Of a stretch of 64,000 nt of DNA, positions 12,800 through 24,403 are shown in pieces. The stretch comes from Williopsis jadinii (Eukaryota). The notes beneath the pieces are model-generated. The model ran no database searches, was not told the origin of the DNA, and worked only from the letters and a program-made list of their open reading frames with translations. A program made the translations under genes and the position numbers. The stretch lies in the NCBI GenBank assembly GCA_024346625.1, contig AP024666.1, forward strand, positions 1,426,001-1,490,000, written 5' to 3'. Position 1 is the stretch's first letter. Every line of letters starts with the position of its first letter.

Positions 12800-13870
12800 T
12801 TAGAACAAGGCAACAACACCAGCAATGGCCAATGCAGAAAGTGCAGTCAACTTAGAACCCTTACCTTCGAAGGTAACAATAGTGGCAGATGCAGTTTCTC
12901 CAGCTTCTTCTGAAGTAGATTGGGCCTCAACGACTGGAATGGAAGTTGTAGTGACAGCGGCAGCTGGGGCAACAGTAACAGTTTCACCGTTAACAACAGT
13001 TGTGGTCTCACCAGCAGCACCTTCAGTAGTACCTTCAGTAGTAGCAGCAGTGGTAGCAGCAACATCACCCTTTTCAGTAGTAGCACCTTCGGTGGTGACT
13101 TCTCCAGTAGTCTCAGCAACGTGCTCAGTAGTAGAAGTAGCAGTTGGAATGACTTGTGGGACACTAGATGGTAATGGGCAGTATGTGGTGTAGGAGGTAA
13201 GAGCACCTTCAAACTCACTAGTAACAACAGTGGCACCTGTTGTGACTGGAACCTCAGTACATGCTTGATCTTCACATGATGTAATGGTGACAACAGTTGT
13301 CTTCACGTCATTCTTTACTGGGCAGACAGTGGTGTAACTAGTAACAACACCATCGCTGCGTGTTGTGTAGACTGTGCTTGTAGTAATTTGAACAACGGTG
13401 TATGCTGGTCTGTCGACGATGACAACAGCTGATTCGTCAGATGTCTTTGTAATTGCACCAGTACGTGAAGTGTCTGGGGAAACGGTGTGAGTAGATGTAC
13501 AAGTAGACGATTCCACACCACACAAAGACTCGTAGAATGGGAATTCTTCACAGCTGTCCCATGTCAAAAGCTCTTTGCTTGTGTCTTCCATGTAGTAAAC
13601 GTTGTAACAGTTTGAAGTGAGCAAGATACCTGATTGGTCATCTGCGTAGTAAATGATTTGAGCACCGTCAAGGGCATCACAAGCTGCTGCATCGTCAGCG
13701 AAATCACCGACAATTTCAAGTCCATCAGCGTTTGCTTCCACTACAGCACTACCTCTTGGGAAGTAGGAGTATGACTGAAGAATTTGGTCAAATGACACTG
13801 GGATGGAGTAAGACTCTGCTGATGCAGTAGCGAGCGCTAGTGCAAGAGGTATCAGTGAACGAAGAAACAT
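12800..13870 (-). CDS. GPI-anchored cell-wall adhesin-like protein with flocculin type-3/CX4C-YCPL repeat
   Basis: ATG at 13870 gives signal peptide MFLRSLIPLALALATASA; motifs YTTVCPV, TITSCEDQAC, YTTYCPL; Thr-rich stalk; C-terminal GPI signal (TFEGKGSKLTALSALAIAGVVALF). Confidence 0.9.
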   Translation of the reverse strand: MFLRSLIPLALALATASAESYSIPVSFDQILQSYSYFPRGSAVVEANADGLEIVGDFADDAAACDALDGAQIIYYADDQSGILLTSNCYNVYYMEDTSKELLTWDSCEEFPFYESLCGVESSTCTSTHTVSPDTSRTGAITKTSDESAVVIVDRPAYTVVQITTSTVYTTRSDGVVTSYTTVCPVKNDVKTTVVTITSCEDQACTEVPVTTGATVVTSEFEGALTSYTTYCPLPSSVPQVIPTATSTTEHVAETTGEVTTEGATTEKGDVAATTAATTEGTTEGAAGETTTVVNGETVTVAPAAAVTTTSIPVVEAQSTSEEAGETASATIVTFEGKGSKLTALSALAIAGVVALF

Positions 13871-16800
13871 GATTCTCTTTTTGTTCAAATTGAAGTAATT
13901 TCCTCTCGGATTATTCTATTCAAACTTGATGGTTTTTGCTATGTTAAGAAGAAGGAAAGAAAGAAAATTGGAGGAAAAAAAAGGAGAAAAGCAGGAGATT
14001 CAAAAGTTATAAGCAAAAGTATCCAAAATGCCTATGTCCCAGCCACACGCACCTCTCTGTATATATTGGAGACCACAGGCGCATAAGGAGGCCATCCGCA
14101 TTTTTTTGCTTACCTTTTTCGTATAACAACTTCTGAGGCAAATGGATGAGGCATGCATATGCATAAGCATGAGGGTAGTACAGTAAGGCCAGACTCGCAT
14201 TGTATCTCCGAAGGTGGCTGGCTACATACACATGCATGGGACATTTGGATATTTAAGTTTGGGACATTTTTTGATTCATGCCTTCGGATTTGGGGGTTCA
14301 GGACATTTCAAAACTGATCGTATCCATGACGATTCACAGAGCCTTAGTCCCTTCAGTTTCCCAGCATCCACTGCAGTACAAAGAGGGCACCTTTTCTGCT
14401 GTTAGGCTCTCTACACAGTCAACTACTCATCAAATTAGCTCCTCCTGGTTTTGACCTACCCAAGCAGAATCTTTGCGATGCATTTACGATCTTGGGAACT
14501 TAAAGTTTGGTCAATAACTGAACTCTTGATTCGTTACCATTAGATAATTTACGTCTAAGCCAATGTAGTGATGAAACTTCACATGCCCTTACTCTATTGG
14601 TTTCTCGCTGACTATTTCATGTTACAGATGCAAACCCCTCCAAGCCCCCCAGAACTTATTATTATTCTCATAGACCTAGAATGGGTGTTGTTATTTTGAC
14701 GGTCGGACTAGAACGGAGAACGGTTAAATGAGTAAGCGACCGTTAGAGTTTAACCTCAACAAGCTACTGGTGATAATATCATTCACACACACATAGGAGC
14801 TATGTCAAATCTCAATGATGCAATTATACCGCTTAAACTTCAACTACTGTTAAGTCTTCTTTTGCTGTATGCTGAGGCTTGGGTTATTGGAGAAGTCGAT
14901 TTACCTTTGAGTTTGAATTCTAAATATGGGCCTCGTGATGCTCGCAGAGAGTCTTCCAATATTTATCAACTTCACAAGGTGGTGTTGACAAGACCCGCAG
15001 AGTTAAAAAAAAAGTAGCCTTAGATCTTGGCCTTCGGTAATATTTGAAAAACCTTATAACTGAATCAGTATTCATAAGCAGCGGTTGGTTTTACCGAAAG
15101 GTTATAAGAGAGTATTCTGGAAGATCAGTCTAAAGCAACGCAGCAGTGTGGGCCAATTGTATATAGTGAGTATATATGTATAATGTACGCTGCGCCTTGA
15201 ATTTCATAGTCGGTAGTTGCGATTATTGTAGCTACGAGCTGAGCTGATTGGGGTTGGTGTTGAGGCAGTACACACATACCGTATGTATGTTGGTTCACCG
15301 GGCGCTACTGCATTCGTGTCTTGACGTCTTTTCGATTCGATTAGAACTACACACCAGAAGAAGAGTGATATGATAAAAGTTACTCCAGAATTACTCGATT
15401 CAATTTCTAGGCTATGACCGCTTCTATGCTATATATCATCACCTGGTGCTCGTAAAAGGTGATAGGAATGGGATCTGAACCAAGGTATAAAATTGCAATG
15501 TAGATGTATCAACGTGAAGGTAGTAACACAGAGCTAAGACTACGATCACGGCCTTTGCGAAATCTAGGTTTAACTATATGTCTATGTCACATTCTCATGC
15601 CATGTTGTTCATGAGTAGGTGATGTCCAGAGGTGGGGCAGATGTACGCGAGTCTGTACTCACTGCAAGAGAACTCAGGACTAAGGCAGTGCAAAGTCGGG
15701 GCGCTGATGTTCACCAATCACCACCATGCGGTTTACGGCTACCCCCGTGCTCAGCCTTACGCTGCTTTGTTTACTGGACAATTGCCTTCATACCTTTGTA
15801 TTATGGTGCACGTTCATGAGTCAGCAAACGTACATGCGACGTGTTCAACACTCCTCATGAAAGGATTCGAAAGTTGTTTGTGTTCGGATAAAAAATAATG
15901 GATTTCATTTGTCCAAGGCTTATACCGCCGTTATCCGATTAATTTGGAAGTCTGATCTAAATTTGGGACAAATTGCCGCAAAATCAACCAATGTTCAGCT
16001 CGGCATCTTTTAACCTTGAAATATGACTAAGCACGTAAATGGGATTTAGCCAAATTATCCTCAAATTACCAGTGCGATAACTACCAAGAAATTTGATTTT
16101 GATGACGATCGCTCTCTAAAACTGATCAAATATCGAATGTTACGTGTCAGGCAACGCCAAGTTCCAGAAAAAGCCGAATGATGGGTGAAAATTGACTGAT
16201 TGGAGCACATTATTTGGTTTACATCACGGACAGACCTGTGAATACAGTCAGCGTACAACTAGCTCACTGCTGAATAATATATGACAAGTCACAGCCCTGC
16301 TAGTTTAACTTCTAGTAAATGACCGTAGCTGATGTACGTATCATCACCAGTATTAACCACGTTGAAGGATCAAGTTGTGCCTCGTACTCAAGATTGGCAC
16401 ATGAAAGGACTTGTATCAACGTATCGGCTTACAAATTACAGCCCTTAACATCAACTCAGAATTTACGGGCATAACCAGGGTTGGGGATGGCCCACCATGA
16501 TCTAACAATATACATGATATGACTAATTCATTGCATATATATGAACTCTACTGGAAAAATTAGGTTTTCCGATGGTGCCTAGCATTTACCACTGGAATCC
16601 CAGCCCTTTGATGCCTATGTTGAAACAGAAATTATTGCATGTCTGCAAACCGCATGGTGCCGTGGTCAATTGAAATATGGCTTCATAATATATGTACTGG
16701 TTCCGAAATCCTTATCGTATAGACATAAACTATTTTTGGTAATATATGATCACTACTGTGTGTACACATCTGTAAATGCGGGCCATTCACGTGATACTGC

Positions 16801-17388
16801 GCCATGCCCATACCGCGTATTTCATTGTAGGAAGAGTCGTAAGATCGCTGAAAAGAGTCCTAACACCGTGCCACATCGGGGAACACAAAAGATGGCGTGA
16901 TAACATACCAGTAACCCTATAACCGCATCAAAACTTCTGTTTAAAGGACAAATTACTGGCAGTGCAGGTCATCACTAGCTCATCATCTCATGTTATCCTG
17001 CATAATTGCACACCCCACGCCCGTCCACGATATTTGGAATCGTTGACCCGGAAAAACTTGGAGCTGAACAACATCTCTTCGAGTACTCTTCAAGCATCAT
17101 AGTGTCCCTACCATTATTCAAATTTTGATGACAATTGGCATCCGTACACCACCACCAGTCCAGCGCAGGTGAAATCCCAAACCGGGGGCGCAGCCATGGG
17201 TGTTGTTGTTTGTGTTTGTGTTGGCGAAATATCGGCTCTCGGGCACAAAAAAAATTACACTTCCCAGGGGGTTGGTGAGCTGGAAAATTGGTCAATATTT
17301 ACACGTTCTCGAAGGGCAAAGTAAGGGGGTAGCAATTCGTAAACAATTTGATAGGGGTTAAAAACCGCGTAAGGATAAACAATTAACA

Positions 17389-18909
17389 ATGGAACAAATC
17401 GATCTTTCAACACATGGCAAGGATATCCAGAAGTCGTACGAGACTGTTGTGAGAGGTGAGGGTGAATTCACCTGGGTTATTTATGGTCCAGATAGCTCAA
17501 AAGCCTACCAGGTTGCAGAGACCGGTGATGACTTTGACGAATTTCTTCAATCTTTTGATGAGTCTCAGATTCAATTCGGTTTGGCAAGAATCAATCCTCC
17601 AAACTCGGACGTTTATAAGAACCTGCTCATTGGATGGTGTCCTGATTCTGCGCCATTGAAATCGAGATCTTCCTTTGCTCAAAACTTTGCTGAAGTGTCC
17701 AGACTCTTGAAAGGTTACCATGTTCAGGTTACCGCTAGAGATTCGGACGATTTGGATAAGGACGACTTGCTCTCTAGATTGAGTGCCGCTGCTGGTGCCC
17801 GTTACTCCATTCAGGCCAGTAGATCCAATGCTTCTTCTAGTGGCTCTTCCAGTAAGCCAGCTCCAAAGCCCTTTGTCCCAAAGCCAGCTTCTTCGTTCAC
17901 TCCAAAGCCAACCCCGGTTTCGAAGCCAGCTGCAGTTGAGCCACCTGTAAAGAAAGAGCCAGAGATCATCAAGCCGGCAGTTGCTAAGAAGTACACTGCT
18001 CAAGCCGACGAGGATGAATGGGATGAACCAGAAATTAAGGAAAGGGATTTGACAAAGGAGCCATTGAAACCAAATGTTTCCTCCTGGAAGCCAATTGGTA
18101 AAGTCAACTTACAAGACGTTATCAGGGAGGAACAGTCTAGACCTGATCCTAGACTTGAAGTGGAGCAACTGAAGCAAAAGGATAAACTCAAGAGAGATCA
18201 GGAGCTTGACGATTACTTGAAAACCAAGACAGCCTCCGGATCAGCAAAGGTTCCATTGCCATCCTCTGGTATCAACAAATCTGCTATAAGTGGAGGTATC
18301 TCCAAGGACTTTGGTTCCGATAACGGTAAAACACCTGCTCAACTGTGGGCCGAGAGAAAGCAGAAAGCCGCTGGGGGTGCGGTTCCAGCACCAAAGGTTT
18401 CTGAGCCTGTAAAGGCACAGGTAGATGAGGATGAAGAACCATCCGTTTCTGATTTGAAGAGCAGATTTGATCATTTGGCTGTACAAGCTCAAGAGGAGGA
18501 AAGGGAAGAAAAGGTCTTGCCAAAGAGAAGTTCTGCTCCCGCTCCAGTTCCAGTTCCGGTTGCTCAGCCAGAGGAGGAGGAAGAGGAGGAGGAAGAGGAG
18601 CCTGTGAGAGCATCCATCCCACCACCTCCACCAGCCCGTGCTGTTGAGGAGGAGGAAGAAGAACCTCAACCTGAGATCCAGGAAGAGGAACCAGAGGAAC
18701 CAGAAGAACCAGATGAGGAGGAGCCAGTCGGTGAGTCAATTGTTGCCATTGCTGAATATGACTATGATGCCTCCGAGGACAACGAATTGACCTTTGCTGA
18801 AGGTCAAAAGATCATCAACATCCAGAAAATCGACGAAGACTGGTGGTTAGGTGAATTGGAAGATGGACAAAAAGGTCTTTTCCCATCCAACTATGTTTCC
18901 CTCCAATGA
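17389..18909 (+). CDS. ABP1: Actin-binding protein 1 (ADF-H domain, acidic/Pro-rich region, SH3)
   Basis: N-terminal ADF-H (IGWCPDSAPLK), KTPAQLWAERK, C-terminal SH3 (AEYDYDA..WW.GE..GLFPSNYV). Confidence 0.96.
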   Translation: MEQIDLSTHGKDIQKSYETVVRGEGEFTWVIYGPDSSKAYQVAETGDDFDEFLQSFDESQIQFGLARINPPNSDVYKNLLIGWCPDSAPLKSRSSFAQNFAEVSRLLKGYHVQVTARDSDDLDKDDLLSRLSAAAGARYSIQASRSNASSSGSSSKPAPKPFVPKPASSFTPKPTPVSKPAAVEPPVKKEPEIIKPAVAKKYTAQADEDEWDEPEIKERDLTKEPLKPNVSSWKPIGKVNLQDVIREEQSRPDPRLEVEQLKQKDKLKRDQELDDYLKTKTASGSAKVPLPSSGINKSAISGGISKDFGSDNGKTPAQLWAERKQKAAGGAVPAPKVSEPVKAQVDEDEEPSVSDLKSRFDHLAVQAQEEEREEKVLPKRSSAPAPVPVPVAQPEEEEEEEEEEPVRASIPPPPPARAVEEEEEEPQPEIQEEEPEEPEEPDEEEPVGESIVAIAEYDYDASEDNELTFAEGQKIINIQKIDEDWWLGELEDGQKGLFPSNYVSLQ

Positions 18910-19156
18910 TTTGTACCAATTTCTCGTTTAATCACAACTTTCTAGATGATTTTATTTTAAGAAAAGGAATAAGACACTACAAGAAATGTATCAGATTCAA
19001 AGTCTGAAGGAGCCATTTGTAGTGTACGCTTGATTTGTGTCCCGTTACCGAGTTCACAGTAGCTCATCGCCGTAATCAAATTGGGAAAAAATTTCATCCG
19101 GTCTGTTTCTCTTTGGTTCGTTCCATTCTTAACTAATTATATCAAAAGACATAATC

Positions 19157-19643
19157 ATGGTTACTTTCAGTTGTGAAGTAGGTTCAAAACTTATTCTCAG
19201 TTGAGTTATATACTGACAACTCCCCTCCCCAGGTCTGTAACGAGTCTATGCTTAAAAAGAAAGCAGACCAACATACACAGAGATGCCGTGGTGCTTACTT
19301 CACATGTATTGATTGTTCTACAACTTTTAACGGTTCTGATTACAGAAAGCATACCCAGTGTATAACTGAGGATGAAAAGTACCAAAAGGCTTTGTATAGA
19401 CCGAAAAAGAAGCAACCTCAGCAGCAGGCACAGCAAAAACAACCACAACAGCAGAAAAAGGATGAGCCGGAGGAATCAGTAAAGAAGAACAATACGAAGA
19501 CTGACAAAGTGACAAAGCCTTCCTTGAAAGAATACAAAGGAAAGGACCTCTACAAGGCATTGAAGAAGATGACAAAAGATGATAAGAAATCACTTTTAAA
19601 GAAAATCATCATCAAGGAAGATGGTACGCTGGAATTAAAATAA
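19157..19643 (+). CDS. LUG1: LYAR-type C2HC zinc-finger nucleolar protein (YCR087C-A); exons 19157-19177, 19233-19643
   Basis: Spliced MVTFSCE|VCNESMLKKKADQH...FTCIDCSTTF...HTQCITEDEKYQ. The 55-nt intron reads GTAGGT..TACTGAC..CAG. Syntenic with ABP1 and CSM1. Confidence 0.88.
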
Positions 19644-19674
19644 CTGTGTCTATGTGAATACAATATACATAAAC

Positions 19675-20806
19675 TCATTTGTTCAAACCTCTGTGGATCT
19701 TTTGGTAAAACTGCTGGAGCGTGTCCAATGGGAATGTCAAATTATCAAAGAAGTACTCTGGGAGGAACTTGGAAAGTTTTGATGATTCATCTTCGGAATT
19801 CATTGGGGTATAGATCAAATCTGAAGAATCCTCCTTTGAAATTGTAAGCTTATAATCCAAAACTTGAAAAGTGTTGTCAGTATTTATCCACAAATATAAA
19901 TGATTAAGGTAGTACTCACTTCCATTCTTCCCTGATTGAGAACAATCAAAAGACAGTGCATCGTCAGTTTCTTCAACACGGTGTAATCTTAAACCGACGA
20001 TCTGTTCAATCATATCCAAAATCAATTCATTCTCATATTGAGCTTCCTCATTCAGTCCTTGTGTTGTTCCGCTCTCCAGTTGATCGAGGCGTTCTTTCAA
20101 CAATGTCACCTCTTGTTGTAATTGTTTATTTCTTGAGGTCAAAGATGAGATTAAATCATCTGACGTCTTGAAACGTATCTCTGCTGATGCTTTGAATTCG
20201 TTGAAGATTTGATCTGCTCTTGTTGTTTTCAAATCGTTCAAGACACTGGTAAGCTTCGGAAGGTCCTTAGCTGTGAATGCCTTATGGATAACTGCTTCTG
20301 CTTTTTTCGCATCTAACAAATCGCTCTTAATCGTGGTAGATGGTTTCCTTGGTGAGACAGAAGGTTGCAATTGAGATGGTCTCTTTACTGGAGATTTCAA
20401 AGATAGCAAAGGCTTCTCTGCATCTTGCTTCTTCGATACTGTTTTTGATGGTTGTTCAGCTGTTGGGACGTTCGAAATCTCAAGGCTGGTTGTCTTTGGA
20501 GATTCAGCTTTGGTTGATTCAGTGACTGGTGTCTTTTTTGGTGCCGTTGTATCAGTTTTAGAAGCCTTTGGGGTGGACGCTACACTGTCAGCTATTGAGT
20601 TATTTGCACTCTCCCCATTTCTCTTGCTTCTAGTTTTTCTCCTAGTCTTCTTCACTTTTCATGAAGGTTAGTATTCTAACTCATATAGAACAGAACAAAA
20701 ATACAGACATACCTGGTGGTTGTTCCACAGTGGTTTCTGCCTCCGTAGTCGGTTCAGCTTCTTTTGCTTTTGCTGCTGCCCTCGTAGCTCTTCTCTTTGG
20801 AGGCAT
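19675..20806 (-). CDS. CSM1: Monopolin/cohibin subunit Csm1/Pcs1 (~338 aa); exons 20806-20713, 20654-19920, 19862-19675
   Basis: Coiled coil (TTRADQIFNEFK), then RWD-like C-terminus (FDCSQSGKNG-ILDYKL; LPEYFFDNLTFP..LQQFY). Introns GTATGT..TACTAAC..AAG (58 nt) and GTGAGT..TACTGAC..AAG (57 nt). Lies between LUG1 and TUP1. Confidence 0.88.
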
Positions 20807-23800
20807 TATCTCTGTTTGGTTATACAGTTTTCTCTTTGTTTGGTTGTGTTGGTAGTTTGTTTACTTTTTTTCACAAAGACTTTCGGTTTGTTTTGATTTT
20901 CGTTTTTCAGATCTGGTTGAAATGGGGGTTTTAGCTTATGCTTTTCGCCAATGTGCGAGATTTGTGTCGCACATTGGCGAAAAGTATATGGAGTGGTGTT
21001 TTAAATGTCTTTTACTCTATATGGAGTCCCATATTGGGAAGGTTTGGATGAAGACTTGCTTACATTGTAAAATCACTAGTTATTTATCTTCAAAGATGTT
21101 TCAACTTGCCACTGTTCCTCAAAAATTAATTTGCGTCCTGTAATATGGTGTGCAGGTGTTATAGCACACTGGGTCAGCCATTGGTACACATCAATGAGAT
21201 GTCAATTGATAAGATCAATTTTTGATTGATCAATAACGATATTACTACATTGTGTATACTCATATCTCGATTTCATAAATAGAACTTCAAATCAGTAATT
21301 ATGATTCAGATTCCTTCCACAAAGTCATATATACTTTCTTGGTGACTAGTGACGTGCTGTCTACTATGATACTACAAGAATATTGATGATTTTTACAACT
21401 TTATGGAAATACCTATTAGTCTTACCTTATTAAAAACCTTTTGTGTATTTTTCATATTAATTTCTATAAACATTGTAATTTTCACTATCAAGATTAAAAT
21501 TTGAACCCTGTATTTCTGAAACTGACACCTCCATTTTATTTCAGAACTCTTAATAGAACAACTGTCCTACATATTCTTCGAAAAATTCTGAACAATGATC
21601 ACATGTATATGGCATTATTATTTACAATAGAAGATCAATGTGTGACTATTGCTGCTGCTTTTCAGTTGAATTCAATATTTCAATAATTTCGAACCATGAT
21701 GATTCTTCGGATGACGATGTTGAAGTCTCTTCAGGAGAGCTGCGCAACACGGTGGTGATTTTCTGTTGCAAATGAAAGCACAACTTGAACAATCCAATCA
21801 AGACAAGAAAGATCTTTAAGTTGACAATCAAAGAGTTAAAGCCAAATAACAACCATATGGATGAGGATTAAGATCACACACTCTACCCTGAAGTTCCATT
21901 TGACATCCTCCGACTCAAATGAAGCTCTGCATATCATTGCTCTGAGATCTCAGGATTAAATACTCATCACATAAGGCACCCATTCTGCAAAGAAATTGAA
22001 ATCAACAATACGCTTGATTTGTACCAGTTATCTTTATTAGACTTACTCGCACAGACAGTACAAGTTGAAGACGTCTTGAACTCCGACGTATCAACCCGCA
22101 AAGTGTCAACGCGAAGACAAAAGTTTACGTCCTATTTCAACGATCATTTGAGCCCATGTCGGCTCTTTCCATCATGCAATTTGATACTTCAAAGATTACC
22201 TTACATTCGGAAAGGCTAAAAACAAAGAGTCGGTTTCAGGCTCGTGGAGGTCAACACCGTCATCGCTCTCATGAGGAGTCTGATAGTGATCGTAATGGGG
22301 GAGGTGAAGATAAAGAAGATAGGTACTCGTTTTTAATCTCTTGTGTTTCATTCTATCAGAACTGAAATTCATTGGGCTTTTCTCCATCCTAGACCTTTGA
22401 TCCCAAACATCGAAAAATGGTCAGTTATGTTCAATGGATTCAGTATATCTTTTATGATTAGCGTAGACGTGCAAGTACAGTGTTGACTTGAAGCTTGTTC
22501 TAGACTTTGGAGGGAATAAATTGAGCAAGTGGGACATTTGTTCAGCAAGAGCATTATTCTTCAAACTGTGGTTACAACTATCCCTCAATATCACACAAAC
22601 TATAATGCATGATGATAGATGACTGGGATTCTCTACAGTTTTAAAGAAAATAAGGAAATTATCAGTGGTAAAGCCAGTAATCTTCTCAAACACATTTTCC
22701 TTGAGATTAAGCAGAGAGAAACGTAATCGAAACACATCATCCCTACTCCCTACTATATCAATAACAAAGCTTCTGGAAACCCCTTGAAAGGATAATGCGG
22801 TTGCCTTGACCAATGTTGAGCATGAAGGCTATACTCTTATTTGTTATTGGTGTTACGTTGAAACCATTATGAGAAGTTTTGTAAGCTTTTGAGATGGTAA
22901 TTTCTGTTGATTCAAGATTTCCAAAGTTCACCCGCAAGTCTCAAAGGATGAAACCTGGTCAGTTTATTCAAACTCAAGTCCTGCTATGATAAAGTCGACT
23001 GTGATTGCTAAATATGACACAGCTGTCTTTATTTACCTTGACCTTTATGACATGATGGTTGAAAACCTCCATAACACTCTGATGGTACGACCAGTCTCGA
23101 ATTCCGAGTGCAGTTCCCGATAGATCAGGATCTAGGACCTTGAACTTCTTCTTCAGATATCGACCAGAAAATGAGCAAAGGATCCAATAATGTTACGGAT
23201 GAAAAAGATGCTGATACAAACACTGGCTGTATATAAAATTGAAAACGGGTGTAACCCAGTGTCACCAGTTGGTGTGTAATGTCCGTACTATGTAGGCAGA
23301 CTAAGCGTTTTCCTACATCTTTCAAAGTTTTGTTCGCTTTGTAGAGAGAACAATTAGCCCAATGCTTTTGCCTGGACTTGGATAAAAGCATTGAGAAGCT
23401 TGCGAAACTTAACAACAACTTTAGAGGTTGTCTCAGAGGATGTTAAGTGTTGTATATACCATAATAACTCACATGTATAGCACCTTGTCAAATCAGGAGG
23501 TGATGAGCCATGTTCAAAAATATTGCTGGAAGCTTCAGACAACCACGACCATAAATCTTTATTTTGAAGGTTCAAGTTTTTAACAACAATCTCAGGGAAC
23601 CCTCGTGTTTTGTTAAAAGCATGACGGCAATTGAATTTACACAATAAAGATGCCATTATGGCACGCAGTTCGAACGCACATTATGACACACTGGTTTGCC
23701 GAGTGATGTAGTGTCTGTACCATTCTGTAAAACCGGTGGGTGCAAAAGGACTTTACGAGGAGTCAAACGATTTTGCGGAAAAAGAAAAAAAAAGCAGAGC

Positions 23801-23867
23801 AAACCCGTATGATTTTCGTGTAAATGAAGTGTCCCTTTTATCGTGGCTTTACCGAAATTCAATAATG

Positions 23868-23875
23868 TTACCCGG
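23868..23875 (+). promoter_or_regulatory. Reb1-type site TTACCCGG in TUP1 upstream region
   Basis: tgTTACCCGGccggg among poly(dA:dT) tracts about 530 bp upstream of the TUP1 ATG. Confidence 0.5.
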
Positions 23876-24403
23876 CCGGGTGTTATTTTTTTAGGCCACA
23901 AAGAAGCGGAAAAAGAAGAAAAACAAACCGGCAAACGTCGACGTCAATGTTTTTTCCCCTTTTTCCCATGACGTTTTTTTTTCGTTTCATTCTTTTTCGC
24001 CGTTCACAACCCCCGTCCGATCAACAACAAAACTTCAACACCGGCGCAAAAGTTTAACGAACGCAAAAAAAACGAATAAGGAAAAAACGACAAAAAAGTA
24101 GTTCAAAAACGGCGCCCCTAAAATCCTTCAAAACACATCAAAACAAATATAAACATCAAAGAAACAACACCTTCTTAACAATATTCTTGTGAAGCGGTTA
24201 AATTTCGATTTGTTCCAGGTGATTGCTTAACTCAACCTGATTCAACTTGACTTTATTGTTTTCTATTTCCCACCCTTTTTGTGTGTGTTTTCCTTACTGC
24301 TTTAAGAAAACATAAACACTCTTTTTCTACTCTCCTTAAGTTTCATTACCGGTGCTGATAAGGGCTTTATATTCAGAGTAAGAAGTGCTATCTCGAAGCA
24401 AAC

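Noticed and set aside
14802..15017. 71-aa ATG ORF with a hydrophobic stretch
   Set aside because: No codon bias or recognisable motif; cannot be supported as a gene.
21598..21695. Point-centromere-like layout: ATCACATG, ~80 bp spacer, TTTCGAA
   Set aside because: The spacer is about 28% GC by hand count (CDEII needs >90% AT), the essential CCG is missing, and point centromeres are not expected outside Saccharomycetaceae.
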